A stretch of DNA of 63,893 nt, filler included, from Octopus bimaculoides (GCF_001194135.2; 6 parts of 6 records of this genome joined end to end with filler, not necessarily neighbours in it); one strand, 5' to 3'; positions 37,493 through 49,878 are shown, counted from the whole stretch's first letter. Translations and numbers: made by a program. Notes: generated from the sequence alone by a model not told the origin.

Positions 37493-38392
37493 CAGAAAAA
37501 CAGACAGACATATGAATGAAACAATGTACTATATAGAATATAGACATGCAATAGAGAAAGAGTTTTCGACAAGATTCTTATCTTTATTGTCCAAATCATG
37601 CTGTGTCATGTTGTGAGTTCAAATAATATGTTAATTATTCTGAGGACTCCAGCACCACAGCTGGATGACCTAAATCTGTCAGTCTTCTTTTTAATTGCTT
37701 GTTTATGCTGGCCAGATGGTTAGTGGTATGTTCCAGTAAACATGGTATCTAGTTCACATAGACACATACACACACGCAAACACACACACACACATATATA
37801 TATACATACGTATATATATATGTATGTGCGTGCGTAGATACATATATACGCACATTTATACGTGTATAGAACACAAATACAAATATTTACCGAAACATAC
37901 TTTCGTGTAGAGTTCCTTTGTTTGTATTTGACCTAAAACTCTAGATATGTGTAACATCTGTATGGTGAAGAATCAGTCTGACACGATTGTTGTCTGTCTT
38001 TCTTACTGAAAGGTAGAAATAGAATTCTGCCGAGTTCTATTACCATAGCAGATTGAAAGACCGCGGAAAAATAGAAACGAAGATAAGCTCCTTTACAAAT
38101 GGTTAAGTATACCTTGGATTGTTCTTTCTACTTTTGTTTTCCAAGTGATCAATTCTATTCTGGAAATATTCTCGATTACAGCAAACCAGTTTGGTAATAA
38201 CGAATTACCTACCTAAAAACGATAAATGACTGAACCAATGAGAAAAACTGACAAAGGAATTCTTCATTGAAGGATAATAGTAGGAAAATAGCGAGGAACA
38301 TAAAAGCAACAGAATGTCTGGCATAAAGAAGAGTAAAGTAATTCTTCCTTATATATACACATATACATATACACACACACACACATATATAT

Positions 38393-38453
<61 letters not shown>

Positions 38454-39315
38454 GCTGTGTCATTATTAGCTGGCAATATGAGATGTTCGAGTGAACACTT
38501 GAAAAACAAACTCGTAAACATCGACGTTAGAAACAAGAATATAAGTGAAGTGCCATTGACATATATTTTTCACGTCAGCAACGACATCGACCAATTTCTC
38601 TCATTTATTTCATTACACATCAGCTTGAGTGTCAGAATATGGTCGGTGGACAAACACCTACATATTCAAAAGCGTATGTTCCGGAATAGATTCAAGAAAT
38701 AAATATTTATAGACAGCTAGGTAATATATATCGAATGAGTAGGTGACGGATTGCTTATAAACTAACTACTCATAGACTGGTGAACGTAAGACCAGAAACA
38801 CTATAGAATTGTATTATTGTATTATACACTTTAGAAGACTCTTGGAAAGAAAGAAAAAAAAGAAAAACTTCTCTTCGATATCTTGTGCAGGTTGAGAAAT
38901 GACGCAAGAATGGAAGAGAAAAGTGTCTTATACTTGATCAGTTACTTAAAAGGATTTTGTCTTTATCATTCCAATTACAATTATCGGAAGAATATCAGAC
39001 GCAAAAGACGCCTGTAAGCCAGAACAGTCGGATAGAAAGAGTCGGTTATATCAAAAGACTGCAGACAGACGTTATAGCACACGGTTTCATCATACATCCT
39101 AAATATGTCTGCAAGATAATGCTTCTTAACTCAACATGATGTCATATCATCAAACGCAGAATTCGATACCATACATAGAGACGAAAAGTTCCATACATAT
39201 CAATCTGCAAAGCGTATGATGCACAGAATGTATGATATTTTACAATAGGATTATTCAGACCCAGGGTTGACCTGGGTCACGAGATTTATTATGTCCCTTC
39301 CTCGAAACAGTAATA

Positions 39316-39542
39316 CAGGTAATCCTTCGACTATCACGTGTGTTACGTTCCAAAACCCCACCGCGATAGGTGAAAATTCGCGAAGTAGAAACAGTACTGT
39401 ACTGTATATATATATTTTAATTATTTTTAGAATTTGTATATATTTACTTTATCATAAATGCAAAACAGCATCACGGAGGAATCGACGAAAGTTCAAATAA
39501 TAAACCGCGATAGGTGAACCGCGATGTGGCGAGGGATTACTG
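39316..39542. mobile_element. pogo/Tigger-like MITE (227 bp)
   Basis: TA|CAGGTAATCCTTCG..ATCACG and CGCGATGTGGCGAGGGATTACTG|TA; internal repeat CCGCGATAGGTGAA x2. Confidence 0.8.
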
Positions 39543-39643
39543 TATAATGTTATGAAACGCCATTTATCGTATAAGGTTGAAAATGGAGTCAAATTGGACA
39601 TAAGGTGGGAGTTCAATATTACATTGGTGTTCAATGAAAAACG

Positions 39644-40389
39644 GGCGGAATTCTGCTTTATGCATCTCATACAGCCCCTCATAATTTTTATATTTTTTGG
39701 AATTTTCAGAAAAATTTTACAAATTTGTGTTCTACACACGGTAATTCATACGATTATGCAAAAACCAACAAAAAAATTTGTGGGGTACGTAATATAAAGC
39801 CTATTTAGCTGTTATTTTTAGCACCTGTCACGACCACCTCATACTGCCCTCGTTTGTTTGTCACTCTGACGTATTGATGTTCTTCAAGATCTTTCTCGCT
39901 ACAAGGAGGCCAGCTGGCAGAACCGTTAGCACAGCGGGCGAAATGCTTCGCGGTACTTCGTTTGCCGCTACGTCCTGAGTTCGAATTCCGCCGAGATCGA
40001 TTTTGCCTTTCATCCTTTCGGAGTCGATAAATTAAATACCAATTGCATACTGGGGTCGATCTAATCGACTGGCCCCCTCCCCAAAACTTTTGTGCCTAGA
40101 GTAGAAAAGAATATCTTTCTCACTATAAACACAATTAAGGGTCTATTGCTGGAATTTAAGCCAAAAATTTGCACTGTTCATATTTTGAACTGTGATTTTT
40201 TAAAAATTCGAAAAACTGAACAAATATTTTTTTTTTTTAAAGTACTTCAAGAATTAAAGGACTTTAAACAAATTTTATAGTCGTATGATTTCCTGTGTCT
40301 AGAATACAAATTCGCAAAATTTTCTGAAAATTCCAAAATATAAAAAAGTTATGAGGAGTTATACGGGGAGCTTAAAGCAGAATTCCGCC
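39644..40389. mobile_element. Unclassified inverted-repeat element (about 110-bp imperfect IRs) with nested SINE A
   Basis: 39644-39753 pairs with 40281-40389 (GGCGGAATTCTGCTTTA..TTGGAATTTTCAGAAAA..TCATACGA). Confidence 0.7.
39902..40112 (+). mobile_element. SINE family A with 13-bp TSD
   Basis: TSD ATCTTTCTC(G/A)CTA at 39889-39901 and 40113-40125. Confidence 0.95.
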
Positions 40390-40449
40390 GGAAAACATAT
40401 GCAATTGTAAACCAAAACAAGATAAATGATACTTCATGCATGTGCATTC

Positions 40450-40880
40450 ACTGCGACCATCGGAAGTGAGTCGTCTGTATGCAGGGTTCTTGCTATCAGC
40501 TTCCACTTATTTCCACCTCTTACCGTTACATTAACTTCTCTGAACAAAACACTGTGAGTAAAGCAGTTGGCGTTGTCCTCCCAACAAATTACCTTTCTGA
40601 GCCTCTACAAGAGTACAATGATCAAGGTCGATCATTGGCTGCCCCGCGTAGCAGCGCACTTGCTAGTTGACGCCCAACTGTTGTCTCATGGTACAGATCT
40701 TCCGTTTGGCCGCAATAACTTTCAAGCCGTTGATCTAGGACTCCTTCGCCTTATCGGTTATCCAATGTCCTGCTTCTGTCGCCTTCCCCGTATCCCTGGC
40801 ACGGGAAGCAAAGGGACTGTTAGCACTTGCTCAAAGTACCACCCCAGTCCTCGGACGGAAGGGGTGACTTACTCTCCGTT
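40450..40880 (-). mobile_element. Possible DIRS/Ngaro-type RNase H remnant
   Basis: Shifting frames give (D)WGG.L, GHWITDKAKES*INGLKVIAA and SKNPA, echoing GWGG..G.W...E..HIN.LE..A..NPAD; heavily decayed. Confidence 0.42.
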
Positions 40881-41446
40881 TTACGGTCTGCCACTGATGT
40901 GAGTACCATACCGTACTGTACGCAGCGCGTAGACGTCTGCAAAATATAACAAACCTAAGACCTGTGACGCAAGTTATGTAACTAGTCTTTCAGAAGTTGT
41001 TACAAAATACTTCGGAAAGCCAACGTTATATGAAAGCTTTTAAGGAAAGAAAACTCGTGTTAAAAATGTTGAACGAATCCAGGAAATAATTCTTCTAGAA
41101 GAATAATTTAGAATAAGACATAAAACAGAACCGGGAAGAAAGGAATATATACAGCCAATAAAACACCCATAAAACCTAAACATAACAAACATTATGCTGT
41201 GTTAAACAACAGTAATATAGACAAACTGATATCGAAGTGAGTTAACCAGCCATCATAAACGTCAATTATAAGACACTGAAGATGCGTAAAACTGGTTGTA
41301 ATTAATGGTACACTTGTGATGGTTATACTAAATAGATTCATAATATTATCGAAAGTTTTAGAAGTACTATTGTAAATGTCTGAACGGGGACTGATGGACT
41401 GTCAGCTGAACGAGCAATCGTTTTCTCTGTTCTTTATCATTTCACA

Positions 41447-41775
41447 GTGAAGGCACGTGGTTTAGTGCTTAAGGTAATCGACTCATGATCGTAACGTCGT
41501 GCGTTCGATTCCCGGCAGTTCGTTGTGTCCTTGAGCAAGACTCTTTATTTCTTGTTGCTCCAGTCCACTCAGCTGGGAAAAAATTAGTAGTACCTGTAAT
41601 TGAAAGGGCCAGGCCTTGTCAAATTCTGTGTCACACTGAATCTCCTTGAGGACTAACGTTAAGGGTATGCGTGTCTGTGGAGTGCTCAGCCACTTGCACG
41701 TTAATTTCACGAGAAAGCTGTTCCGTTGATCGGATCAACTGGAAAGCTCGCCGTCGTAATCGACGGAGTGCCAGT
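41447..41775 (+). mobile_element. SINE family D, full length (tRNA-like head, CORE-like GTGTCCTTGAGCAAG segment, hairpin tail)
   Basis: GTTCGATTCCC B-box; 14-bp TSD TTTATCA(T/G)TTCACA at 41433-41446 and 41776-41789. Confidence 0.92.
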
Positions 41776-41796
41776 TTTATCAGTTCACAACGACTG

Positions 41797-42118
41797 ATGC
41801 CTATTTTATCGACCCCGAAAGAACAAAAAGGCAAAGTGACCTCGGAGGAATTAGGACTCGGAAGGTAGAAAGGGATGAAAAACTGCTAATCATTTCGCCT
41901 GATGTACTAACGACTCTGGGACAAGGCCTGGAATTTTGATGGGAGTTGGGATAGCTGATTATATATCGATCCCCGTGATTGACTGTTAGTTATTTTATCG
42001 AACTCCAAAAGGATGAGAGGCAAAGTCGAACTCAGCAGATTTTGATTTCTGAAAACAAAGAAGAACCAGAACGAAGACTGCAAGGCGTTTTGCCCGATAC
42101 TGTAATGACTCTGCCAAT
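41797..42118 (-). mobile_element. Two SINE A copies fused head-to-tail
   Basis: Tail GGCCTTGTCC of one copy runs directly into head CAGAGTCGTTAG of the other near 41910. Confidence 0.75.
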
Positions 42119-42276
42119 ATATCGAAGAATTTTCGACCCACATTTCGTATTGGGTCATCGATAAGCAACCATGAATCTTTCAAGGAGCAATGTTGAAACA
42201 TGTAACACTTCATATTGCTGCATTTTGTTGGCAAAGGGGAGCTGAACTGTGTCTTATCTCAATATTATTCCGCTTT

Positions 42277-42349
<73 letters not shown>

Positions 42350-42869
42350 GATCTGTTTATAATATCGTATAAGATATGTATTCTATTGATGTTTGACTAA
42401 GTGAATGAAGGGAGGGGGAAAAAATGAAGTCTGTGATAATACAAAGATGCATTTATAAGGCTACAGTATATGGAACTTCAGGTTAGAGAGATTGAACGTA
42501 TATCATGTAAGACACAGCGATAATCAAAGAAATATGCTTACGATAAATGAGTACAGAGTGTGTGGTGGTGGGGGGTAAGGAGCACGGTGGTGGTGGTGGT
42601 GGTGGTGGTGGTGGTGCTTGCAAGCTTTTGAAAATGTATTTGGAAACCTAAACTTAGTCTCCAGTTCTATAGACCAGTTCTATGTATGTTATATAGATTA
42701 TGAAATATGTATCAGGGGAAAAAAAAAATAATCGTATTTGTATTGTAGAGGTAGTGATGTGTTGAGAGGTGAGCTGTGGTGGTTAGGAGAGGAAAAAAGT
42801 AAGGTGGTTCGAGTAGGGATACGAGAAAAAGAAAAAAGGGCAACGGAAATCAATTTGAAATTTCAAATC

Positions 42870-42909
42870 GTGGTGTATGCATATGTGTATATATATGTGT
42901 GTATGTATG

Positions 42910-42943
<34 letters not shown>

Positions 42944-43239
42944 TGTTGTATGTATTTGTGTATGTGCGTATATATATATGTATGTGTATACGTATGTGTG
43001 TATGCTGTGTATGTATGTGTGCATGTATGTATTTATTTGTGTATGTGCGTATATGTATGTGTGTGTATGTATGTATGTATGTATGTATGTATGTATGTTT
43101 GTATGTATTTGTGTATGTGAGTATATGCGCATATATGTAAGTGTATACGTATGTATGTATGTGTGTGTATGTATGCATGTCTGTATGTATTTGGTATGTA
43201 CGTATATGAGCATATATGTATGTATATACGTATGTGTGT
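42870..43239. repeat. (TATG)/(TG) compound microsatellite
   Basis: Direct reading; abuts join linker. Confidence 0.9.
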
Positions 43240-43339
43240 NNNNNNNNNNNNNNNNNNNNNNNNNNNNNNNNNNNNNNNNNNNNTTAATTAATTAANNNNN
43301 NNNNNNNNNNNNNNNNNNNNNNNNNNNNNNNNNNNNNNN
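43240..43339. other. Assembly join linker 44N-TTAATTAATTAA-44N
   Basis: Counted 44+12+44. Confidence 0.97.
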
Positions 43340-43496
43340 AATTGAATAAACCGTGAAACGGAGTGGCATTTCGTTCAGAGGAGGAGTCTCAGTCGCCTCC
43401 ATGCCCCGTGGTAACCAAGTAACAGGCCTTTTAAACCATATCATTCTTTACGCTTAAAAGAGTAATGTTAGATCCGCCAAGCTAATTCGATGTTGA

Positions 43497-43660
43497 CCAC
43501 CACTACCACCACCACTACTACTAGTACTACCACCACCACCACCACCACCACAACTTCTACTACTACTACCACCACCACCACCACCACCACTACTACTACT
43601 ACTACTAATACTACTACTAGCACCACTGCTGCTGATGCTGTTTCTGCTACTGCTGCTGTC
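43497..43660. repeat. (CAC)/(TAC)/(GCT) trinucleotide tract
   Basis: Direct reading. Confidence 0.9.
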
Positions 43661-44774
43661 AGCGTCACCCATATCAGCAAAAATGTCTCGTTTTTCGAGC
43701 CTACTGGCTTTTTCATAATCGTATACAAGTTATTGATTGTCACATCTCATCTGTTTTTTTTAAAGCAGGGTATATTGGATAATGAATTTCTGGTTACATT
43801 ACGATTGAGTAAATGCGAAACAGAAATTAGGATTTTAGCTCTGAAAATACTTTTGACCATAGGTCTGTTGGCTCATTTTAATCAAAAATTATAAAGAGGG
43901 AACATAATCAAGTGTATTTCATTACTATATTAAATCGCAATTTCTTGGCTGCTTGGGTTGGTATCTTCCCAGATGCCTTGATAAGCACTGCAGAGGAAAA
44001 AAACCCCAAAAAAATGGGCGATGAGCGAGAAATGATAGAGGCAATGGGGATAATTCTCGAAAAATTAAATTAAATCAACTTGAAAATGAATGACAATGCT
44101 ACCGAACCGGGGTAATAACTAACAGAAGGAGGGGGTAATTAGAAATATAAAAAGAAAAGCTTATTAAAAATGAACCTGAAGAAAAAATGAAGGGAGATAA
44201 CTTGGAAGAGAGATAATTATAATTTTGCACGAAAAATTTATAGAATAACTACTATAATAAAAAGAAAAAGAGAGGGAGCGAATTTAAATGCTTTCCGGAA
44301 AAATTAATGAGGGCCACGCATAGTGTGACTAATGAAGTATCGCTGTTGTTGGGGTGGTGGCTGTAGGCGGTAATTAAATTTACAAGGTACAGGTGATTTG
44401 AAGTTGTTAGACTGTGGAGCCCTAAATGTTCATAGTATGAATGCTTCGATACCCGAAATATCAATAAGTTCACAGAATATAATGGGCTATTTAAACGGAG
44501 TCACAGAGTTACGCTCTGCAAAATATAACTGTAATTCCTTAATTAGATATCACACTTAAGGCTCAAAAGTTTTCAAGATTACTTACTAACTTTTTGAAAC
44601 TTTCAACCGACCAAAGCAATTGACTGAATCAACAGTATAGGGACTTACACGAAACGGCCATCGGGCCCCTTCTACAGTACCTACCTTGGAAAATGCTGCG
44701 TGAAAAGTTGTGTTCTGCTTTCTTATTTGCCTATAATTAGCACGTTACATGCAAATGTAACTCATCAGTTATTC

Positions 44775-44830
44775 TTCTATTCTTTTATTCGTTTCGGTCA
44801 TTAAGTTGCGGTCATCCTGGAGCATCAGCG
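44775..44830 (-). mobile_element. SINE family B terminal tail fragment
   Basis: Reverse complement GCTCCAGGATGACCGCAACTTAATGACCGAAACGAATAAAAGAATAG. Confidence 0.7.
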
Positions 44831-45542
44831 TGTACACAAGTGAGGATTCACAAATACTGCCGCTTCACTGAAACTCAGTGAAATGGCAGCACTTGGAAAC
44901 CAGTTGGTCGTACATGTGTGTAGGTGCAGCTGGTACTGCAAGCTCAAAAATTTAGCCGTTAAACACATAAATAAGAGCCAATTCGTGGCCGAAAGCCCTT
45001 CATCACGATTCTCATTTTCTTCCGCACCATATATTAATTATCTTTACTGTCACAGTAGCCTCTGAGCAAGCATGCTTATGAAAGTATAATAATCTGTAAG
45101 GCCGGTACATCTGTCATCATAGGACTACTCGGTGAGAAAAAAAAACGGTTTCAGCATTAACCACCCAGATAGGCCCACGCTCACACACAGGGCGATGTTG
45201 CGATGCAAAACGATAACCAAAAACAAGGATTTTGAAAATGACGTTGATCTTTTGTTGATCGTCAGTTTAGAGAGGCCTTACGGGCGAAATAACTCCAAAC
45301 AATATGTTGTCACGAGAGGGTTCCACAGACAAACAAGTCCCGTTAAACTTTGAGACTTCTACAATTATTCCAAGGCTATGTATCTTCGTCGTGCTGAAAT
45401 AACAACAATGGTATTGGTGCCAGAAATGACTTCAGCTTCATGTTTTCTGATACCCTAGCTATAATTTCATAGAGTGATGTTCGAAATGTAGGTGGATGCA
45501 GAAAACAGTTTCCCCAATGAAGAGAAGCAAAAAGAGGAAGAA

Positions 45543-45701
45543 GAGTAAAACGCATATGTTAACTGCATACTTTTATTTCCAACATATGTTTCGAAGATGA
45601 CATTTTTAACAACATCACCGATTCCTATGGAAGGTATAATTTGTAACCTTCGAAACATATGTTGGAAATAAAAGTATGCAGTTAACATATGCGTTTTACT
45701 C
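45543..45701. repeat. Perfect 54-bp inverted repeat with 51-bp spacer; possible Penelope-like terminus
   Basis: 45543-45596 is the exact reverse complement of 45648-45701; spacer and right arm contain GAAGGT/ACCTTC stem, GAAAC, palindrome ACATATGT, AATAAA. Confidence 0.95.
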
Positions 45702-45884
45702 CATTCACTAAATTTATATATACTCAAATACCCAAAATAACAAGGAGTTTCTATCTCATAAACAGGAGTTACACCACAGTCATTTTGTGATCTTTGCTAC
45801 CCTGGTATCTATTAGCCAATTTATTTTATCCGAGTTATTTATTAACTAGGAGAAAATAAATGCATATAATAAAAAATATATATA

Positions 45885-46047
45885 TACGATGGGGTTCTTT
45901 CATTTTCCGTCTACCAAATCCACTCACAAGGCTTTGGTCGGCCCGAGGCTATAGTAGAAGACACATGCCCAAGGTGTCAAGCATTGGAGTTGAACCCAGA
46001 ACCATGTGGTTGGGAAGTAAGCTTCTTACCACACAGGCACGGCTGCG
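45885..46047 (-). mobile_element. SINE family B head
   Basis: TTCCGTCTACCAAATCCACTCACAAGGCTTTGGTCGGCCCGAGGCTATAGTAGAAGACAC. Confidence 0.92.
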
Positions 46048-46336
46048 TGGCTTGTGCTAGAATAATATTTTTTAGATATTTCTCAACATATGACACTATT
46101 AGTAACACTTAAAGATAAGTATTGTGTCCTTTAAATAATATATATATATGTATGTGTGTATGTATGTATGTATGTATGTATGTATTTATGTATGTATGTA
46201 TGTATGTATGTATGTATGTATGTATTTATGTATGTATGTATGTATGTATGTATGTATTTATGTATGTATGTATGTATGTAAAGAGACAAAAGGAGAGNNN
46301 NNNNNNNNNNNNNNNNNNNNNNNNNNNNNNNNNNNN

Positions 46337-46388
<52 letters not shown>

Positions 46389-47552
46389 CTCAATTGTATT
46401 GGACGCTACCACTTTACTTTAACAATTAATCTACCAGGTGGGATTTAGAAAAGCACGAATTTGTTAGACTGGTGCTGCTGTTGCTGCTGCTGCGGCTTCC
46501 GCTGCTGCTGTCATGTTCTACTCTGTCACGCCCTCTGCAATAATCTCACTACTTTTATCACTCCTCTAACTACTCTCATCGTATTCCTCGTCCCCTCCCC
46601 TCATACTCTCACAACTAGTTCCACTGTCACTTCTTTTTCTTGCACTGAATTATTCATATAAGAATATTGAATTGCTGTTTACTTTTAAAACTAATCCAAC
46701 TAGTCTTCTTTGCGGCTTTTTTCTCTTGTTTTTTTAAAATTTTGTTGACGGGTTGTTATTTCCTCTGTTTTGTGTTAAAATCATTTTATTCCCCCTCTTT
46801 CATACCTCATCCCCCAACCCATTTATCCGCCATTCTATCGGATTCTACGGTTTTTCTTAGTCTTTCTTTCACTCCCAAACATCATCTCTATATTTTCCTA
46901 TCTCGCTTCGTTTTCTGCGTCGACGCCCACATTATTTTTCCATCATTCTTTAATCAAATTTATCTTACACCAAATACCCATTAACTCCATCAAATATATT
47001 TAAACTAAATGATATAAAAAAGAAGAGTGTTTCTCCTCGAATTTTCTCTTTCCTCTTCAGTCAATTTTGCCCTATCTAGTAAACTTCCTCGCACTGACTA
47101 GCGGGCCTCAAAATCAATACCAGCGACGTACATAATACGCCTTTTACTTATTAGCTTCGCTTGCTACTTGCTGCAATCTATATTATTCTGCAAATACAGA
47201 GATCGTGTTCCTTTTCCAGAATGTTTGTGTAAATCAATGTTGACTGTATTTTTCATATATTTTCTACAATATATATGNNNNNNNNNNNNNNNNNNNNNNN
47301 NNNNNNNNNNNNNNNNNNNNNNNNNNNNNNNNNNNNNNNNNNNNNNNNNNNNNNNNNNNNNNNNNNNNNNNNNNNNNNNNNNNNNNNNNNNNNNNNNNNN
47401 NNNNNNNNNNNNNNNNNNNNNNNNNNNNNNNNNNNNNNNNNNNNNNNNNNNNNNNNNNNNNNNNNNNNNNNNNNNNNNNNNNNNNNNNNNNNNNNNNNNN
47501 NNTATGTATGTATACACAGATATGTATGCGTGTGTATAAGTGTTTGTAAATG

Positions 47553-47603
<51 letters not shown>

Positions 47604-47944
47604 ATATATATAAATTTCAATATTTATTCATTCATATATCTATTTATGGTTTAAATAAATTGCACTTAGGAAATATTGTGTATCATAATCGTGTCCGATA
47701 TTGAGTTGGGCGAATAGCAATGAGATGTTTTCGCTTCTGATTTCACCACTAGATTTCTCAACGTTTACATCTGGTAAATATTTGATTACATCTAAGTTAA
47801 TAAATAGATACAAATATGAAAGGCGGAAACCTATAACCTACAATCTACTAGACAGTTTTTCTCCCGATTCCATTATCTAGTTTCGTTCTACGCCGATTTG
47901 TCAGAGAAATCCTTCTCAGTCAATCTCTAGCTCTTACGTCAATA

Positions 47945-48570
47945 CTTGATGGGAACTAACGAGAGATCTTGTATGCGGTCTCTTGATCTGCTTGAAATAG
48001 CAACAAGATTTACGTTTTAATTATATAACACCAGTGGAGGCGAATGGCCCTGTGGTTAGGGCAGCGGACTCGCGGTCATACGATCGCGGTTTCGAATCCC
48101 AGACCGGGCGTTGTAAGTGTTTATTAAGCGAAAACACCTAAAGCACCACGAGGCTCCGGCAGGGGATGATGGCGAACCCTGCTATACTCTTTCTCTCACT
48201 CTTTCTTCTTGTTTCTGTTGTACCTTGTCATACTGTGTCACGCTGAATATCCCCGAGAACTACGTTAAGGGTACGCGTGTCTGTGGAGTGCTCAGCCACT
48301 TGCACCTTAATTTCACGAGCAGGCTGTTCCGTTGATCGGATCAACTGGAACCCCCGACGTCGTAAGCGACAGAGTGTCAACAATATAACACCATTTTAAA
48401 AATGCTAATCTATCTCAAATCCCCCTAAAAAGAGATCGTAATGCCTTAGAAAAAGGCATTACTATGTATAATGTGATCATAGTTCCGTGGAGATAGGAAA
48501 AGACAGAACGGTCGCGTCAGGGCTAAAATGCCTCTCGCAATAGATCTGCTCTGTCAGTAGTTGTCTAGTA
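47945..48570 (+). repeat. Unclassified interspersed repeat (related to 2780-2995) interrupted by a SINE
   Basis: Similar motifs continue on both sides of 48034-48382. Confidence 0.45.
48034..48382 (+). mobile_element. SINE family C head with family D tail, 11-bp perfect TSD
   Basis: TSD ATATAACACCA at 48023-33 and 48383-93; head TGGCCCTGTGGTTAGGGCAGCGGACTCGCGGTC..GGTTTCGAATCCC. Confidence 0.93.
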
Positions 48571-49553
48571 AAAAAAAACAGTACAAGTGTAGTAATCCCT
48601 AAAATATTGTGTCGTTCCAGTTCTGGAATTATAAATCTAATTGAGTGAAGTGTTAAAATTTTCCAAGTTCTTGTTTGAGGATGGAAAAAAAAAATTGCTG
48701 GTGAAGTATGATTTTATTCTTCCGACATCTGAAAAGGAAACCATAATTCTCAAGGCCACTATTTAAATATTAAATTAGTAACAATGATGATGATGATGAT
48801 GATGATGATCAAACATATTAGTGACTTTCGATAGAACTAAATTTAAGAACTTTGGCTGCAGATTGCTACTATTTTCGCTCGATATTTCCTGCTTCCGTTG
48901 ATTTCAAATAGCGCGTTCACATCTGCAATATTTTTGTTTTCGACTGAAGTGTATAATATTATTGTTGTAGTTGTTGTTGCTGTTGTTGCTGCTGATGTTG
49001 TTTTTCTTTCTTTTTTTTTTCTTTTTTTAGTTGGGCGTNNNNNNNNNNNNNNNNNNNNNNNNNNNNNNNNNNNNNNNNNNNNNNNNNNNNNNNNNNNNNN
49101 NNNNNNNNNNNNNNNNNNNNNNNNNNNNNNNNNNNNNNNNNNNNNNNNNNNNNNNNNNNNNNNNNNNNNNNNNNNNNNNNNNNNNNNNNNNNNNNNNNNN
49201 NNNNNNNNNNNNNNNNNNNNNNNNNNNNNNNNNNNNNNNNNNNNNNNNNNNNNNNNNNNNNNNNNNNNNNNNNNNNNNNNNNNNNNNNNNNNNNNNNNNN
49301 NNNNNNNNNNNNNNNNNNNNNNNNNNNNNNNNNNNNNNNNNNNNNNNNNNNNNNNNNNNNNNNNNNNNNNNNNNNNNNNNNNNNNNNNNNNNNNNNNNNN
49401 NNNNNNNNNNNNNNNNNNNNNNNNNNNNNNNNNNNNNNNNNNNNNNNNNNNNNNNNNNNNNNNNNNNNNNNNNNNNNNNNNNNNNNNNNNNNNNNNNNNN
49501 NNNNNNNNNNNNNNNNNNNNNNNNNNNNNNNNNNNNNNNNNNNNNNNNNNNNN

Positions 49554-49878
49554 CAAGTGTCTTCTACTATAGCCTCGGGCCGACCAAAGCCTTGTGAGTG
49601 GATTTGGTAGACGGAAACTGAAAGAAGCCCATCGTATATATGTATATATATGTATGTGTATGTATATGTTTGTGTCTGTGTTTGTCCCCCCAACATGACT
49701 TAACAACCGATGCGAGTGTGTTTACGTCCACGTAACTTAGTGGTTCGGCAAAAAAGACAAATAGAATAAGTACTAGGCTTACAAAGAATAAGTCCTGGGG
49801 TCGATTTGCTCGACTAAAAGCGGTGCTCCAGCATGACCGCAGTCAAATGACTGAAACAAGTAAAAGAGTAAAAGAGTA
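49554..49878 (+). mobile_element. SINE family B, well-preserved; 5-prime end in gap
   Basis: Core, internal (TA/TG) tract, tail ending GTCAAATGACTGAAACAAGTAAAAGAGTAAAAGAGTA. Confidence 0.95.

Noticed and set aside
44735-44774. Minus-strand hammerhead candidate CUGAUGA-GUUAC/GUAAC
   Set aside because: GAAA is replaced by GUGC, and there is no stem I partner or UH site
37265-48110. tRNA genes (A/B-box heads at 37265, 41447, 48034)
   Set aside because: No complete cloverleaf or oligo-T terminator; they continue into SINE bodies and are bounded by TSDs
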